IMG/VR virus record: IMGVR_UViG_3300045988_159943
Location: 1 to 32,308 of that record
DNA length: 32,308 nucleotides
Reading direction: 5' to 3' (one strand)
From: a virus
Under the pieces are notes generated by a model. It did not search any database. It saw only the letters and a list, made by a program, of their open reading frames with translations, and had not been told where the DNA came from. The translations under genes were made by a program, and so were the position numbers. This document shows positions 29,367-32,308 of this stretch, piece by piece (position 1 is the stretch's first letter; every line of letters starts with the position of its first letter).

Positions 29367-32308
29367 TTATCTTACATATTTACGAATCTGTGAATTAATA
29401 TTCTTCATATACTTATCCATTTGCTTCTCAACTGTCTTTGCTAAATTTGGTAGTGTGTCATTTGTAACAGTATCAATATGTACAACCTCAGCAATACTAG
29501 CATCAACATGAATTTCATTATTAGTAACATGAGAGATATTAATTTTTGGTCTATTATTTTCTAGTGCTTGCGTTGGGTCAAGCGCCAAATTCATAAGTTT
29601 TTCAGTTAAGTCTGCAGGAATAATACCAGTTCCTTTTTTAATATATTCTAGTCTACCATTTTTCCCTGGAACTAATTGTAGCTCTTCACCTAACTCATCA
29701 ACCCATGCAAGTTGGTTTTCTTTTGCACCAATTGTTCCTTTTGCATATCCTTTAAGGTCAGAAATTTTTACCCATGAATATATTTCTTTTAACAGTACTT
29801 GCTTCCCGCCATATCCAACTTGTTGAACGGTGTACTGATTTCCTTTTACCCAATTTGGAATTTTTATATTAGAAGAATTGCCACCATAATATTGTGCATC
29901 AGAATCAATAACAACTTTATCTCCTTTGACTGGCGCATCTTTGATGTTTTGATTTGTGTTTGTATTTGATGGCTCCTGTGGCGGCTTTTTATTTTGTTCA
30001 ATAAGAGCATTTGATTTATCAATGACCTGTTTGTTTATATCAGCTTGTTCAATTGAAGATAGTTCTTCTTGCGCCTTTTTGTCAGCGATTTCTTGCATTT
30101 TCTTTTCTTCGTCAATAATTGCTTGCAACTGTTCTGCGAAAGAATCTTTTAACCCTTTTAACTTTTCTTGATAAGAAGAAATTGCATTCTCTCCATCTTT
30201 CCACGGTTTTACGATAGAATCAGAAATAGTAATTCCGTACTGTTGCCCAAGAGCATCAATCTCTGCAAGTACTGTATCTGCTTTTGACTTAACAGTTTCA
30301 AGAGAATCTGAAACAAGAGCTTCTGTATCTTTTAAGCTTTCATCAAGAGCATCCATTTTATCATTTTGACTCTTTTCATACTCTTCTCCATTTTTCTCAA
30401 GGGCATTTTTAGTCATTTCTAAAGAGCGTTCATAATAAGTCTCTTCTAAGTCTGCTTCTGCTTTTGCTTTTTCTGCTTCTAACTTTCTCCTTTGAGACAT
30501 AGCGGACAGAGATGTATTTCCGTTAAGTGCGGCGAGTTTTCTGTTGATAGTTGCAATTTCTTTTTGTTGCTCATTAACAGATTTCTCAAAGTCGTACAAG
30601 TCTTTATCTGCGTCAAGGGCCTCTTTCTTTTTATCAATAAGTTCTTTATAGGCATCAATTTCTTTTTCAATACCATCTTTAACTGCATCTATTCTTGTTT
30701 TATTTAAATCGATAATAGCATCTTGAGCATCGTTATAGGCTCCAACAGAATCCATGACACCTTTTTTGAGTTCAGCTTCTTTTTCTATAAATTCATCTGG
30801 ACTATATTGATCTCTAGATTTATATAAATCCTTTAATGCCTTGCTGTATTGTTGAATTTTTGTCTGGGCAACTTCCATCTGTTGCGCCGCAACACCGATG
30901 GCAGCAATACCTTTGTCTGTCCATGCGCCATTGTCATCAACAACATCATCAAGACGAGTGAAATTATCATATAAGAAAGATAGTTCAGAATCTAAGTTAT
31001 CAAATCTATCAATGAGCTTATCAAGATTATCCCATTTTATATTTTGAATCTCATTATTGAACTCTTCTACTGCAGTTTTGCTATCATAAATTTCTGCTTG
31101 AAGTTGTTCAAATTCGGAAATTTTTTTGAGATAATCAGGATCTCCTACTTTGATATCTCCTTTTGCTACATCTTCTGCTAGCTGATTGATTAAAGTTTCT
31201 AATTCTTCCTGCTTCTTTTTGATAATAGCTTCCTCGTTGGCAATAAGCTGTTTGTACCAAGTTTCAGACGCTCTCATGCCCATTTCTTCCATAAGATCTT
31301 TAGCAGAATTAAGTACATCTGACTTAGAACTAATAATATCAATTAGATTATTATACTCTTCAGCAATATCATCCAATTGCTCGATTCTATAAGCTGTCAT
31401 TTGAGCAATGGCTTCCAAATAACCAATTTCTGCATCATCGGCTTTATCTGCCCAATCACGATATTCTTGGATAGCTTCAGCATATTCCTGTTCTGTATCA
31501 CCAACAAAATCGACAATTTCAATAGCTCCGTTTTTAGCCCACTCACGATATTGTTCTGGAACTTTTTCTAAGGCTGCATTTGCTCTTTCATTATATTTTT
31601 CTGCAGCAGCAAGATAAGTTTCTGCTTTGTTTGACTCTGCTTGGACTAGTTTGTCATAGAGATCATCTTTCTCTTTACGCTTAGTACCATCACCAACAAG
31701 AGTTTCAATTTTAGCAGTACTCTTCGAAATAATTTGCTCAATTTCAGTAAGTTTGAATTCAATGAAATCTACTACTTGCTCAGCAGCATCTTCAGTAGCT
31801 TCTGTGTTCTTCTTAGCAGTACTGTTTGATTTAGAAGAAGATTTGCTTGAACTAGAAGAACTACCGCTTCCACCACCACTTCCTGGGGGTATACGAGTCA
31901 AGTGTGCATTTCCTGTTACGAAGGCCTTTCCACGACCTGTTACATAACCATTTTCTAACAAAGCTCTTGTTTGTATATGGTTAAATATAATTGCATCTTT
32001 TGGAAGATTAACAAATTCTGCACCATAATCACCAACGGTATAGTATCTTCCGGTATTTGGATCTACAACTAGCTCCTGGCCAAGTTCTCCAACTAATGCA
32101 TTTTTTTCTGCTCTTGGAATACCCCAATCTCCACTGGCATGTGCAGTTCCACTAGAATGGGCGGTGCCATTAACAACAACATCACCCCAATTAATAGTAC
32201 CGTTGGCTGTAAAGGTTGGGGCCGTGTATGGGGCACTCTTCCATTTAACAGTGCCTGTCTTTACAAGAGTTTTTGCCATCCAATCTTCAACTTTTTTAGC
32301 ATTGTTTT
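29367..32308 (-). CDS. tail tape measure protein (N-terminus probably beyond window edge)
   Basis: Long coiled-coil protein with Ser/Gly-rich linker (GSGGGSGSSSSSSKSSSKS), immediately upstream of Dit on the - strand. The reading frame stays open from the ATG at 32279 to the window edge (...NAKKVEDW-M-AKTLVK). Confidence 0.65.
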   Translation of the reverse strand, partial: NNAKKVEDWMAKTLVKTGTVKWKSAPYTAPTFTANGTINWGDVVVNGTAHSSGTAHASGDWGIPRAEKNALVGELGQELVVDPNTGRYYTVGDYGAEFVNLPKDAIIFNHIQTRALLENGYVTGRGKAFVTGNAHLTRIPPGSGGGSGSSSSSSKSSSKSNSTAKKNTEATEDAAEQVVDFIEFKLTEIEQIISKSTAKIETLVGDGTKRKEKDDLYDKLVQAESNKAETYLAAAEKYNERANAALEKVPEQYREWAKNGAIEIVDFVGDTEQEYAEAIQEYRDWADKADDAEIGYLEAIAQMTAYRIEQLDDIAEEYNNLIDIISSKSDVLNSAKDLMEEMGMRASETWYKQLIANEEAIIKKKQEELETLINQLAEDVAKGDIKVGDPDYLKKISEFEQLQAEIYDSKTAVEEFNNEIQNIKWDNLDKLIDRFDNLDSELSFLYDNFTRLDDVVDDNGAWTDKGIAAIGVAAQQMEVAQTKIQQYSKALKDLYKSRDQYSPDEFIEKEAELKKGVMDSVGAYNDAQDAIIDLNKTRIDAVKDGIEKEIDAYKELIDKKKEALDADKDLYDFEKSVNEQQKEIATINRKLAALNGNTSLSAMSQRRKLEAEKAKAEADLEETYYERSLEMTKNALEKNGEEYEKSQNDKMDALDESLKDTEALVSDSLETVKSKADTVLAEIDALGQQYGITISDSIVKPWKDGENAISSYQEKLKGLKDSFAEQLQAIIDEEKKMQEIADKKAQEELSSIEQADINKQVIDKSNALIEQNKKPPQEPSNTNTNQNIKDAPVKGDKVVIDSDAQYYGGNSSNIKIPNWVKGNQYTVQQVGYGGKQVLLKEIYSWVKISDLKGYAKGTIGAKENQLAWVDELGEELQLVPGKNGRLEYIKKGTGIIPADLTEKLMNLALDPTQALENNRPKINISHVTNNEIHVDASIAEVVHIDTVTNDTLPNLAKTVEKQMDKYMKNINSQIRKYVR

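Overview
Low-GC (~35%) phage or prophage-like region, probably from a Firmicutes host. Organisation: bases 17-19862 on the + strand carry a long early/DNA-metabolism module: a DHH phosphoesterase, a free-standing homing-endonuclease-like gene, a YqeY-domain protein, NAD-dependent DNA ligase, a SPOR-domain cell-wall protein, an OGG1-type DNA glycosylase, a Dda-like helicase, DNA pol III alpha, NrdD interrupted by a group I intron carrying a GIY-YIG homing endonuclease gene, NrdG, dUTPase, ThyX and a P-loop kinase. Bases 19870-22218 form a terminator-bounded integration cassette: Xis-like HTH, a tRNA 3'-end-like attP core flanked by GTGGGACAA arm-type repeats, a tyrosine integrase, a small ORF and an RHH regulator gene with its operator. 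From 22205 to the window end the - strand carries late tail genes: receptor-binding fiber with a C-terminal S74 chaperone domain, Tal, Dit and the tape measure protein, which runs past the window edge. Most notable observations: (1) a conserved ~15-nt motif CAATACAAAATTATT (variant GAGTACAAAATTAT) in eight copies, mostly directly 5' of ribosome-binding sites; (2) a T4-td-like group I intron splitting nrdD; (3) an apparent +1 frameshift at the Walker A motif of the helicase; (4) an integration module embedded in an otherwise virulent-style replication module; (5) unusual cargo, namely a phage OGG1, a DUF2233+SPOR protein, a bactofilin-like beta-helix protein and a very acidic 191-aa protein. 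All calls are from motif recognition by eye; no database searches were run.
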